Positions 16,158-23,811 of a DNA stretch of 31,087 bases are shown here, piece after piece. This stretch comes from a virus (lineage: Duplodnaviria > Caudoviricetes). The first letter of the stretch is position 1. Each line of letters opens with the position of its first letter. The notes under the pieces are model-generated. The model was not told the origin of the DNA. It made no database searches and worked only from the letters and a program-made list of their open reading frames with translations. The stretch is from positions 1 through 31,087 of the IMG/VR virus record IMGVR_UViG_3300028586_000059, one strand, 5' to 3'. The position numbers and the translations under genes are program-made.

Positions 16158-16639
16158 AAAAGGCGAGGACGAAGAAGTACCGCCCGCGCCCGGTGGCGCT
16201 GGCTGGCGGCCTGACCGCAATTGCACGGTGTGTCGCGCGCGGGCAGGACGCCGCGCCACTCGCCGAGGATCAGCTGGCCGACCTGGGCCTGGCGTACTGG
16301 CTCAGCCTCGAGCAGCTGCGCACCGGTGCCGCGACCGAAGAAGCCTGGTCTTGCGTTGTCACCGCTCTGAACATCGCCATGGCCATGGCCGAGGCTGATA
16401 TCGGTGCAGAGCACGAGGCGGCGATCATCCGCGCGCTGGACGGTGCTTTCCGCGCCAAGGTGCGCAGCGTCAAGAGCGGCAACTTCCGGCTCGACGGTGA
16501 TGCCATGCGCGACATCGAAACCGTACTTACGATCCACGACGCCCAGTTGGAAGTCGCCACGCGTGCCGAAACCATCGCTGCGCTGCAGCTGGTGTTCCAG
16601 CGCGTCGACGAGGGACACTTGTACAGAGAAGCCGCCTGA
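16154..16639 (+). CDS. Hypothetical phage protein
   Basis: ATGA coupled, GGAGG RBS, 161 aa. Confidence 0.75.
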   Translation: MKKARTKKYRPRPVALAGGLTAIARCVARGQDAAPLAEDQLADLGLAYWLSLEQLRTGAATEEAWSCVVTALNIAMAMAEADIGAEHEAAIIRALDGAFRAKVRSVKSGNFRLDGDAMRDIETVLTIHDAQLEVATRAETIAALQLVFQRVDEGHLYREAA

Positions 16640-16669
16640 CGCGGCGCCAACGGATAGAAAGGAAACATC

Positions 16670-17398
16670 ATGGGAAGCATGCTGAATTTGCAAAATACCG
16701 GCGGCAACGACTTGACGATGTCGAGCCGCGAGATATCCGGTGTGACGGGCGCCCCGCACGAAAGCGTTTTGAAAACGGTACGACGATTGATTGCCGAGGG
16801 TATCGTTTCTGGGAACGAGACCCCCTACCAACACCCGCAGAACGGCCAATGCTATACGGAGTTCTGGCTGTCGTTTCGTGACACGATGGTAGTAGCGTCC
16901 GGCTACAGCGCCGAGCTGCGCGCGCGAATCATCGACCGCTGGCAGGCGCTGGAAGCTGTACCGTCGGCTCCAGCTCCGGCCGTGCCGCAATCGTTCGCCG
17001 CAGCGCTGCGCCTAGCCGCTGAGCAGCAGGATGTCATCGACGCACAGGCCGCCCAGCTCGCTGCTGCAGCGCCGGCTTTGGACTTTGTCGAGCGCTACGC
17101 CGACTCGACCGGCACGAAGAGCTTCCGCCAAGTGGCCAAGCTGCTCGGAGTGAAGGAGCCCGAATTCCGGCGGTTCCTGCACAGCGAGGAGATTATGTAT
17201 CCGCTGGGAGGGGAGTGGACCCCGCACGCCCACCACATCGACGCCGGGCGCTTCTGCGTCAAGGCTGGCACGGCGCAGATCAGCGGCCATGCCTACAACG
17301 CTGCGCGCTTCACTCCGAAAGGCGTGACCTGGGTCGCTGGCGAGTGGGCGAAGCACCAGGTAGTGCAGCGGCAAAAGGAGGTGGGCCATGCCGCGTGA
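16670..17398 (+). CDS. Rha-N / KilAC(ANT)-C phage antirepressor
   Basis: LTMSSREI...GYSAELRARIIDRWQALE, PQSFAAALRLAA, FTPKGVTW. Confidence 0.9.
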   Translation: MGSMLNLQNTGGNDLTMSSREISGVTGAPHESVLKTVRRLIAEGIVSGNETPYQHPQNGQCYTEFWLSFRDTMVVASGYSAELRARIIDRWQALEAVPSAPAPAVPQSFAAALRLAAEQQDVIDAQAAQLAAAAPALDFVERYADSTGTKSFRQVAKLLGVKEPEFRRFLHSEEIMYPLGGEWTPHAHHIDAGRFCVKAGTAQISGHAYNAARFTPKGVTWVAGEWAKHQVVQRQKEVGHAA

Positions 17399-18074
17399 TT
17401 ACTCACCACTGCGCGCGCTCGCCGCCGGTGCCCTGACAGTGCATCTCAAGTCGACCACGGTCATAGAGCTGCTGGACGAGCTTGACCTGCTACGCGCAGG
17501 TGGCCGGCCCGCGAAAGTGGCTCGCAACGACTATCCCGCTGACTTCGAAGTCGTGTGGGAGGTCTATCCTGCGCGCCCAGGCGCGAGCAAGAAGGCGGCG
17601 CACAAGGCATGGGCTGCTCGGATCACGATCGGCGCCACGCTGGCAGAGATGCTCGCTGGGGCGCAGGCGTACGCCCATTACGTCAAGGCGATGAAGATCG
17701 AGCCGCAGTTCATCAAGCAGGCGGCTACGTTCTTCGGGCCCGGGGAGCACTACGCCGCCGATTGGACGCCCCCGGTCAACCAGCCAAAGCCGGCCGGCGG
17801 AAACTGGTGGGCGACCGATGCAACCATTCTGGCTAAAGGTGCGGAGCTGGGCCTGTCGCCGCGGTCGGGTGAATACATGGGTCAGTTCAAGGCCCGCATC
17901 GAGCTGGCGCTGGACCCCGCACTCAAGCAGGCGACAGCGCCGCCCACGTTCACGGCGATTATGCCGACTGTTGCTGCGCTACCCCAGCCGGAGCGGCGTG
18001 CCCCGAAGCCGGAGGGAATTGGCTCGCTCAAGGATCTCGTGCGCCGCGACCTGCCGCCGGCTAGAGCAGCCTGA
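17388..18074 (+). CDS. Replication-initiator-like protein, C-terminal domains only
   Basis: YPADFEVVWEVYP...KKAAHKAW...FIKQAATFFGP resembles the C-terminus of phage replication proteins; only ~45 aa precede it. Confidence 0.6.
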   Translation: MPRDYSPLRALAAGALTVHLKSTTVIELLDELDLLRAGGRPAKVARNDYPADFEVVWEVYPARPGASKKAAHKAWAARITIGATLAEMLAGAQAYAHYVKAMKIEPQFIKQAATFFGPGEHYAADWTPPVNQPKPAGGNWWATDATILAKGAELGLSPRSGEYMGQFKARIELALDPALKQATAPPTFTAIMPTVAALPQPERRAPKPEGIGSLKDLVRRDLPPARAA

Positions 18075-18331
18075 TGGGTGCCGACGTCGAGATATGCGCG
18101 CGCTGCGAGCGGCTCAAAACGGAGGGTTATCCGGACAAGCTCAAGCAAGGGCAGGGGTATTGCCGGGGCCACGAGGATGACAGCCCGTTGCGCGGGCCGT
18201 TCGCTACTTGGAATGACCGTGCTTGCGTGCTGTTCATTCGAGCGAAGGACATGGCGCTGCGTGAGCGCTGGATCGAGCGGCGCCAGGCCAAACAAGAACA
18301 GTTGCAAGTCCAAACCGCAATGAAAGGATGA
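18074..18331 (+). CDS. Small Cys-rich hypothetical protein
   Basis: CARC...C...C pattern; stop/start overlap. Confidence 0.6.
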   Translation: MGADVEICARCERLKTEGYPDKLKQGQGYCRGHEDDSPLRGPFATWNDRACVLFIRAKDMALRERWIERRQAKQEQLQVQTAMKG

Positions 18332-18332
18332 A

Positions 18333-18806
18333 ATGATCGATTCGCATGAGACGCTGTCCCTCCACCACACGGAGGGCGACAAGCCGAGCAACCCGAAAGA
18401 CCTGGTCGGCGTGCGCAAGGCGCCGATGTCGACGGTGCCGGCGACAGTGCTGGCTGAGATTGGAGTGGCGATGCTGGAGGGCGCCAGCAAGTATGGCCGG
18501 CACAATTACCGGGTGGTCGGCGTGCGCGGATCCGTCTACTACGACGGAGTGATGCGGCACCTGATGGCGTGGTGGGAGGGCGAAGACCTCGATCCAGATT
18601 CGGGCATGTCGCACGTGACCAAGGCCATTACGTCGCTGGTGGTGCTGCGCGATGCCATGATGCAGGGGAAGTTCACGGACGACCGGCCGCCGCGCGCGCT
18701 GCCGTTCTATCCGGCCCTGAATGCTGGTGCCGCCGACATCATCGACCGATACGCCGACCGCACCCCGGCTCACTACACCATCAACTTCACCGGGATGCCG
18801 ACATGA
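18333..18806 (+). CDS. DUF5664-like (dATP/dGTP diphosphohydrolase-type domain) protein
   Basis: GASKYGRHNYR...RHLMAWWEGEDLDPDSGMSH motif. Confidence 0.82.
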   Translation: MIDSHETLSLHHTEGDKPSNPKDLVGVRKAPMSTVPATVLAEIGVAMLEGASKYGRHNYRVVGVRGSVYYDGVMRHLMAWWEGEDLDPDSGMSHVTKAITSLVVLRDAMMQGKFTDDRPPRALPFYPALNAGAADIIDRYADRTPAHYTINFTGMPT

Positions 18807-19057
18807 CGCAAACTCGACTCGGCTCCTTCATCGAGGCAATCATCAACGTAGTAATCGGTTTCGGGATCAACTTCACGGCCAATATGTTCATCTTCCCGCT
18901 GTTTGGCTTCCACATTACGCCCGGCGCCAACCTTGTCCTGGGGATGATCTATACGGTGATCAGCGTGGTGCGCTCGTACGCTGTGCGCCGTTGGTTCAAT
19001 GCTCGCCTGCACAAGCTGGCCATCGCAGTGGCATCGTCGCTCGAGGCTCGCCAATGA
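18803..19057 (+). CDS. Small two-TM phage protein
   Basis: MTQTRLGSFIEAIINVVIGF...SVVRSYAVRRWFN, a widespread phage family; ATGA overlaps. Confidence 0.8.
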   Translation: MTQTRLGSFIEAIINVVIGFGINFTANMFIFPLFGFHITPGANLVLGMIYTVISVVRSYAVRRWFNARLHKLAIAVASSLEARQ

Positions 19058-19404
19058 CCGCTCAACGTGCGCTCCAGGCGCTGGGCCGGCTCAAGGTTGG
19101 CACAATGAACAAGACCGAAACCGCATACGCTGCCACGCTCGATGCGCGGCGCCACGCTGGCGAGGTTGCGTGGTTTAAGTTCGAGGGGGTCAAATTGCGA
19201 CTTGCCGACAACACGTTCTACACTCCGGATTTCGCCGTAATGCTGGCCGACGGCGCGCTGGAAATGCATGAGGTGAAAGGGTTCTGGCAGGACGACGCAC
19301 GCGCTAAGATCAAGATTGCTGCAGACCTGTACCCAATGCGTTTCGTTGCCATTCAGGCGAAAGCGAAAAAGCACGGAGGCGGCTGGAGCGAAGAGAATTT
19401 CTAG
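19054..19404 (+). CDS. PD-(D/E)xK endonuclease / resolvase-like protein (DUF1064-like)
   Basis: YTPDF...HEVKG motif. Confidence 0.8.
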   Translation: MTAQRALQALGRLKVGTMNKTETAYAATLDARRHAGEVAWFKFEGVKLRLADNTFYTPDFAVMLADGALEMHEVKGFWQDDARAKIKIAADLYPMRFVAIQAKAKKHGGGWSEENF

Positions 19405-19414
19405 CTGCATCAGA

Positions 19415-19438
19415 AGGAAGGCTTCATGGAGCCTTCCT
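19415..19438. terminator. Hairpin between convergent genes, possible bidirectional terminator
   Basis: AGGAAGGCTT-CATG-GAGCCTTCCT. Confidence 0.55.
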
Positions 19439-19461
19439 CCCTTAACTAGGTAAAATCACTT

Positions 19462-20529
19462 TTATAGCGAAGCAGCTAAATGTTTTATTTCTCGTTTGTA
19501 GCGATCCACGGCAGGGTTAACTTCGAGGCGTTGGCCGTCGATCAAAAACTTTTGACCTGCTTCTAGCCTAGATAAAGGGATGCGTTGTTTTCCGCTGATT
19601 CGTCCACTAGAGTGAAAGTCGTCTAATAAATAGAAGCAATCTTCAGCATCCTCCTCGGAGAAGAGGTGCTCGTATTCCTTCGCTACCTCTAGTGCTTTCT
19701 GGAGAAAAAATTTGGTAGAGCTATCGGGCGTATTTTTCTTTTGACGACTCCAGCCACAGTGTGTCATCGCAATTGCGTGAACCTTGGGGCGATGATTCAA
19801 ACCTGCCTGCGCGTTAAACATGTGAAATTCGCTGTCTGGTTTCGCTAACATTTCCAGCGTTAATCGCATTGCATCGATTGAGTGCTGATCCACACGAACT
19901 GGAATTATCAGAGCTTCCGCGGCGCACCAAGCCAAGTGCGTGGCACCTGCAAAGAAAGGACTTGTGTCGATAATAATCTTTGAAGGCCTAATCTCTTCTT
20001 CAGCGCGCGCAATTATTTTTTTGATAGCCAACAAAACCTTCGCACTCGCAGCTTTTCCGTGATCACCTCGTAACTGTCCATACTGAGCGAGTTGACTATA
20101 AAGAAGTGATGGGAATAGGAAAAGTTCAGATGAGCCTGGAATCATGTAGCTCTTCTTCCGTCCTCGCCCCAAAAAAGACGTGCAGTATGACGAAATTGGA
20201 TTAATTAAATCCTCAATCTCGATTTGCCCTGTGCCAGCGACTTCTGAAATTAGTGCATCATAGATTGTAGTTTCAAAATCCAAAACCGAATCACCGAAAA
20301 TGCTTTGCGATACGTTTCTTTGCGGACATACGTCCATTAAAAGAGTTTTATCATCATGGGATATCTCATACGCGATATTAAAGGTCAGCGTACTTTTACC
20401 GATTCCGCCTCGAAAGTTACTCATTGCATATGTCGAGAATCGTTGAGTTCGCACCGGTAAAACCACTTTGTCATGCACTTGCGCCGAGCGATCAATCACC
20501 GACTGCACGGCTTGTTCAATTGTAGACAT
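19462..20529 (-). CDS. Orphan ParA/Soj-family ATPase (inverted moron)
   Basis: NFRGGIGKSTLT deviant Walker A, MDVCPQRN, IIIDTSP; GGAGG RBS before ATG 20529; AT-richer than flanks. Confidence 0.88.
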   Translation of the reverse strand: MSTIEQAVQSVIDRSAQVHDKVVLPVRTQRFSTYAMSNFRGGIGKSTLTFNIAYEISHDDKTLLMDVCPQRNVSQSIFGDSVLDFETTIYDALISEVAGTGQIEIEDLINPISSYCTSFLGRGRKKSYMIPGSSELFLFPSLLYSQLAQYGQLRGDHGKAASAKVLLAIKKIIARAEEEIRPSKIIIDTSPFFAGATHLAWCAAEALIIPVRVDQHSIDAMRLTLEMLAKPDSEFHMFNAQAGLNHRPKVHAIAMTHCGWSRQKKNTPDSSTKFFLQKALEVAKEYEHLFSEEDAEDCFYLLDDFHSSGRISGKQRIPLSRLEAGQKFLIDGQRLEVNPAVDRYKREIKHLAASL

Positions 20530-20563
20530 AACTCCTCCATGAAAGGCATCGGCCACCCTGACC

Positions 20564-20602
20564 GACGAAGTGTCTATCATACAGCTCGATAGACACTTCG
20601 TC
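20564..20602. repeat. Perfect 15-bp inverted repeat overlapping the parA-like promoter
   Basis: GACGAAGTGTCTATC-ATACAGCTC-GATAGACACTTCGTC; minus-strand TAGACG-17-TATGAT overlaps it. Confidence 0.85.
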
Positions 20603-20735
20603 TAGCAAGATGTGGTCTGCTTGGTTTTTATGTCCTGATCCGAGCTTCGCTTGAAACTTGCAATTTGGAAAATCTCGGACACAACTCATCTATTCGAATG
20701 GGCTGGTAATCTTCATGAATTACCACGGAGAAAAC

Positions 20736-21278
20736 ATGTTCGCCGAACGATACCTGCAAGCGCTGAGCACTTCCAACCTGCAAGATGACGCTCAACACCA
20801 CCAGACGGAGCCTCTCGTCGCTGCTGCGCTCGCCGATCTATCGGGCGGATCGGGCGATCTATTCGGGACCATGCTACTGCGTGCCAGTGTCGCCGGCGTG
20901 CCGCGCCAAGCGATCGAGAGCGGCGCCCGAGATATGGGCGTGCTGCTGCGCGTCTGGACCAGCGAGGTGGCGCGCAAAGGCTTTGAGCGCAAGTGGATGA
21001 ATATTAAGGCCGAGTGGGACATCAAGGCTGCCTACGCCATGTACGCCAAGATCGCGCGCGTCAGCCTGGCACACTGGCTGGGCGGCGAGTGCTCAGTATG
21101 CAACGGTACGAAGGTCGTGGCCAGCCGGGTCTGCACCCACTGCGCCGGCACTGGCCGTGAGCCGGTCCAAGGCGGTGCGATGGAGATTGAGCGCGTCAAA
21201 GACATGGTGTCGGAGTTACAAGGGCTGTACCAGGCGCACAGCGCGCGGGCGGCCGCTAAAATGAGGCGAGCGGCATGA
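20736..21278 (+). CDS. Late antiterminator Q-like protein
   Basis: CxxCxGT...CxxCxGTG zinc finger; last large early gene before pR'-like promoter and terminator. Confidence 0.7.
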   Translation: MFAERYLQALSTSNLQDDAQHHQTEPLVAAALADLSGGSGDLFGTMLLRASVAGVPRQAIESGARDMGVLLRVWTSEVARKGFERKWMNIKAEWDIKAAYAMYAKIARVSLAHWLGGECSVCNGTKVVASRVCTHCAGTGREPVQGGAMEIERVKDMVSELQGLYQAHSARAAAKMRRAA

Positions 21279-21478
21279 GCGCGGCCGAGAGCATCCGCGC
21301 TGCACGCGAAAAGATGGAGAGCGCAATCTTGCTCGCCACCGTCCAGGCAGTAGCCGAATTCAGAAACGTCACCGGTGCGACACCATCGGACATCCACATC
21401 ACGATGAATCGTCGCATGCACTTGGGTGCGGCCGCTGATGACATCGTCCTAGGTGTTGCAGCGCGTATCGAGTTGTAG
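21275..21478 (+). CDS. Small hypothetical protein
   Basis: ATGA coupled to Q-like gene. Confidence 0.55.
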   Translation: MSAAESIRAAREKMESAILLATVQAVAEFRNVTGATPSDIHITMNRRMHLGAAADDIVLGVAARIEL

Positions 21479-21488
21479 TGCAACAGTG

Positions 21489-21517
21489 TTGCAAACTACG
21501 CGAACCGGGCGTAAACT
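21489..21517 (+). promoter_or_regulatory. Late promoter pR'-like
   Basis: TTGCAA-17 bp-TAAACT downstream of Q and upstream of a strong terminator. Confidence 0.7.
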
Positions 21518-21623
21518 ACGTTTCTTCACATATCCCTCGATCCACGTAATGTGCGCTTAGGCGCCAACGTCACCCGAGGCAGTCGAGTACCCGGCCCGCA
21601 ATACAGCCGGCGCTCGTCTAGCG

Positions 21624-21658
21624 AAAAGGCCCGCCATCCCGGTGGGCCTTTTGCATTT
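21624..21658 (+). terminator. tR'-like intrinsic terminator
   Basis: AAAAGGCCCGCC-ATCCC-GGTGGGCCTTTT-GCATTT. Confidence 0.8.
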
Positions 21659-21723
21659 GCGGCCTACCTAGCAGATAGCTCTGAGGCTCGCCGCCTGGCC
21701 CACGCACGGGCCAACCGATCAAT

Positions 21724-21799
21724 GCGGCCGTAGCCTGCCTGGTGATGCGCGAATCGCACACAGCCCAAGCCGCGGGTGAGAGTCCCGCCGTCCGCTCCC
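21724..21799 (+). ncRNA. tRNA-like element / degenerate tRNA
   Basis: Acceptor GCGGCCG/CGTCCGC (one mismatch), T8A9, G18G19, T-stem GCGGG/CCCGC starting at position 49 with 7-nt loop TGAGAGT; anticodon stem does not pair; ends T-CCC. Confidence 0.55.
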
Positions 21800-21829
21800 G
21801 TGTCTCCGGTCCTGCAGAGCAGGATCTTC

Positions 21830-21869
21830 GCCGCCCCTCGCATCAGTGCGCCGGGCGGCTTTTTCTTTT
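21830..21869 (+). terminator. Intrinsic terminator
   Basis: GCCGCCC...GGGCGGC followed by TTTTTCTTTT. Confidence 0.75.
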
Positions 21870-21882
21870 CCCGAGGTATGTC

Positions 21883-22095
21883 ATGTCGCATGAAGTGCTC
21901 ATCAAGCAAAGCTCGTTGCCGCCACGCCCTCCGATCGTATTCGCAATCCTCTTCTGGCTGTTACTGGATCGACTGCATGCGCCGGGCTGGTTGTTCGGCG
22001 CTCTGTGGACGCTGGTCGTGCTGATGGTCATCGTCTTTGTCCGTCGGGTGCATAAGGCGACGTTTAGGGATGTGCCGGGCTTCGGGGAGAAGTAG
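21883..22095 (+). CDS. Small two-TM membrane protein
   Basis: GAGG RBS; two hydrophobic helices and basic C-terminus. Confidence 0.6.
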   Translation: MSHEVLIKQSSLPPRPPIVFAILFWLLLDRLHAPGWLFGALWTLVVLMVIVFVRRVHKATFRDVPGFGEK

Positions 22096-22185
22096 CGTGA
22101 GCATTCACGATGAGCTGGCTTGGCTACGTCGCCGGGTCTACAAGATGCGTGAGCTGGCAATCTTCAGCAACCAACAAGGCAATGC

Positions 22186-22491
22186 ATGAACGACATCGCA
22201 CGCATCTATCGCGCCGAGATCTTGCGCGCCGTGCTCGGACCTGGCGCCCATGCGGCCAAGGCGGCTGACCTTCATCGCCTGAACCAGTTTGCTGAGCATC
22301 TGGCGGCGTGCGAAGAAGCCCAGACCATCCTGCGCGCCAAAGGCCACGGCGGACCAAGCACGAGCATCGTCGAGGCGGCACGTCAGGTCCCTGCCAATGT
22401 GAAGCAGGTCATTCGCGCGCTGTTCTCAGGGCCGCAGGCGCTACGTGAGCCGAGCATTGAGCATGCACACGAGCCATGGAAGGCCAACTGA
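22186..22491 (+). CDS. Hypothetical phage protein
   Basis: 101 aa in late operon orientation. Confidence 0.65.
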   Translation: MNDIARIYRAEILRAVLGPGAHAAKAADLHRLNQFAEHLAACEEAQTILRAKGHGGPSTSIVEAARQVPANVKQVIRALFSGPQALREPSIEHAHEPWKAN

Positions 22492-22646
22492 TGGCAACCG
22501 TATCCCTTGCATTGCGCACCCATGTTGCATGGTGGGTTCGTCCCGCGCTCGCCGTCGCGTTCCTGTGCGCCTCGCTCTGCCCAGCTCGCGCCGATCAGAT
22601 GATCGACGCGATCGTTGATCGCGGAATCAAGATCGAGCTGACGTGA
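22491..22646 (+). CDS. 51 aa hypothetical protein
   Basis: Own translation MATVSLALRTHVAWWVRPALAVAFLCASLCPARADQMIDAIVDRGIKIELT; overlaps at both ends. Confidence 0.5.
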   Translation: MATVSLALRTHVAWWVRPALAVAFLCASLCPARADQMIDAIVDRGIKIELT

Positions 22647-22963
22647 AGCTGCAGCAGCTACGAACACAACTTCGGCCAGCGGCAAGCAAAGTCACCATGC
22701 TGCCGACGCAGCGGCCTGAAACCGTCGAGCGCAAGCGCGGGTCGGCTGGTGTGCGCGACCGTGACCGCATCCGAGCGCGTGACTTCGGCTTGTGCCAGGA
22801 GTGTAAGCGCAAAGGGCGCACCACCATCGGTGGCCCGGTCGACCACATCATCCCGCTCTGGAAGAAGGGCAGCGACGACGAATCGAACAAGGAAGTGCTC
22901 TGCGTTCCATGCCACGACGCCAAGACGGCGCGTGAGGCAGCGGACCGCGCGCGCGGTAGATAG
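22643..22963 (+). CDS. HNH endonuclease, terminase-associated (HK97 gp74-like)
   Basis: RDFGLCQEC...VDHIIPL...N...LCVPCHDAKT upstream of terS. Confidence 0.9.
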   Translation: MKLQQLRTQLRPAASKVTMLPTQRPETVERKRGSAGVRDRDRIRARDFGLCQECKRKGRTTIGGPVDHIIPLWKKGSDDESNKEVLCVPCHDAKTAREAADRARGR

Positions 22964-22971
22964 GACACAGC

Positions 22972-23241
22972 ATGCTCAAGAAGATCACGAACGGCGAAAT
23001 CATTCCACGCTTCTACGGCGTTGCATGGTTCCGGTGGCAGACCGGTGAAGCAGTCTGCCTGCCGCTGGGCTTGAACGTCCTGGCCGCCCTGACGCGCACC
23101 GTGTACTTCAGCATCAAGCATGTCGGCCGCATCGTGCGCTCCAACCCACGCGATGCATACGAGCAGGGCTTACGCGATGGTCGCGCCATCGCCCCGCAGT
23201 CGCCCCACATCGAACCGCGCCACCCTTGGCCCCGCACCTGA
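22972..23241 (+). CDS. Hypothetical protein
   Basis: AGGA RBS, 89 aa. Confidence 0.6.
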   Translation: MLKKITNGEIIPRFYGVAWFRWQTGEAVCLPLGLNVLAALTRTVYFSIKHVGRIVRSNPRDAYEQGLRDGRAIAPQSPHIEPRHPWPRT

Positions 23242-23249
23242 CGCCTGTC

Positions 23250-23335
23250 TGTGCTGGCGGGGAGGGGGTGTTGTAAGTCTACAACGCCTCGGACCCGGAC
23301 ACCGACTAGCAACTCACGCGCAGAAAAAAATCCCC
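23250..23335 (+). other. Probable cos packaging region
   Basis: Non-coding gap between HNH and terS with G-run GGGGAGGGGG, inverted repeat 23265-23290 and CGCGCAGAAAAAAATCCCC; exact nick site not identifiable. Confidence 0.55.
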
Positions 23336-23351
23336 CTGGAGGAAATTGTTA

Positions 23352-23801
23352 ATGGCTTTAACAGGCAAAAAGCGAGCCTTCGCCGATGCCGTTTTGGCCG
23401 GGTTCTCGAATAAGGAAGCGGCGATTCGTGCCGGTTTTAGTGAAAAAACGGCATCAGCAGCCGGGTCCAGAAATGTTAAAGACCCGGATGTTAAAGCCTA
23501 CCTTGATCAGCGGCGTGGCACTGGCGCCACTGGCGGCGCGAACGTCCCCAAACCACCACCGCAGGCTGACGAGGTGGTCGACATCCCGTCGACCACAGAC
23601 CCGATGGAATTCCTCACGAATCTGATGAACGAGCCGGCGGCTGATATCCGCATCCGTGCTGATGTCGCCAAAGCACTGATGCCGTTCAAGCACCAGAAGC
23701 TGGGTGAGGGCGGGAAAAAAGATCAGAAAAACGAAGACGCCAAGAAGGTGGCCAGTCGCTTCGCGGCGGCGGCCCCGCCGCAGCTCAAGGCAGTGAAGTA
23801 A
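23352..23801 (+). CDS. terS: Terminase small subunit
   Basis: KEAAIRAGFSEKTASAAGSR HTH; directly upstream of terL. Confidence 0.9.
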   Translation: MALTGKKRAFADAVLAGFSNKEAAIRAGFSEKTASAAGSRNVKDPDVKAYLDQRRGTGATGGANVPKPPPQADEVVDIPSTTDPMEFLTNLMNEPAADIRIRADVAKALMPFKHQKLGEGGKKDQKNEDAKKVASRFAAAAPPQLKAVK

Positions 23802-23811
23802 GGACGACGAT

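Noticed and set aside
21724-21799. Functional tRNA gene
   Set aside because: No paired anticodon stem, no TTC in the T-loop and no CCA; kept only as a tRNA-like element
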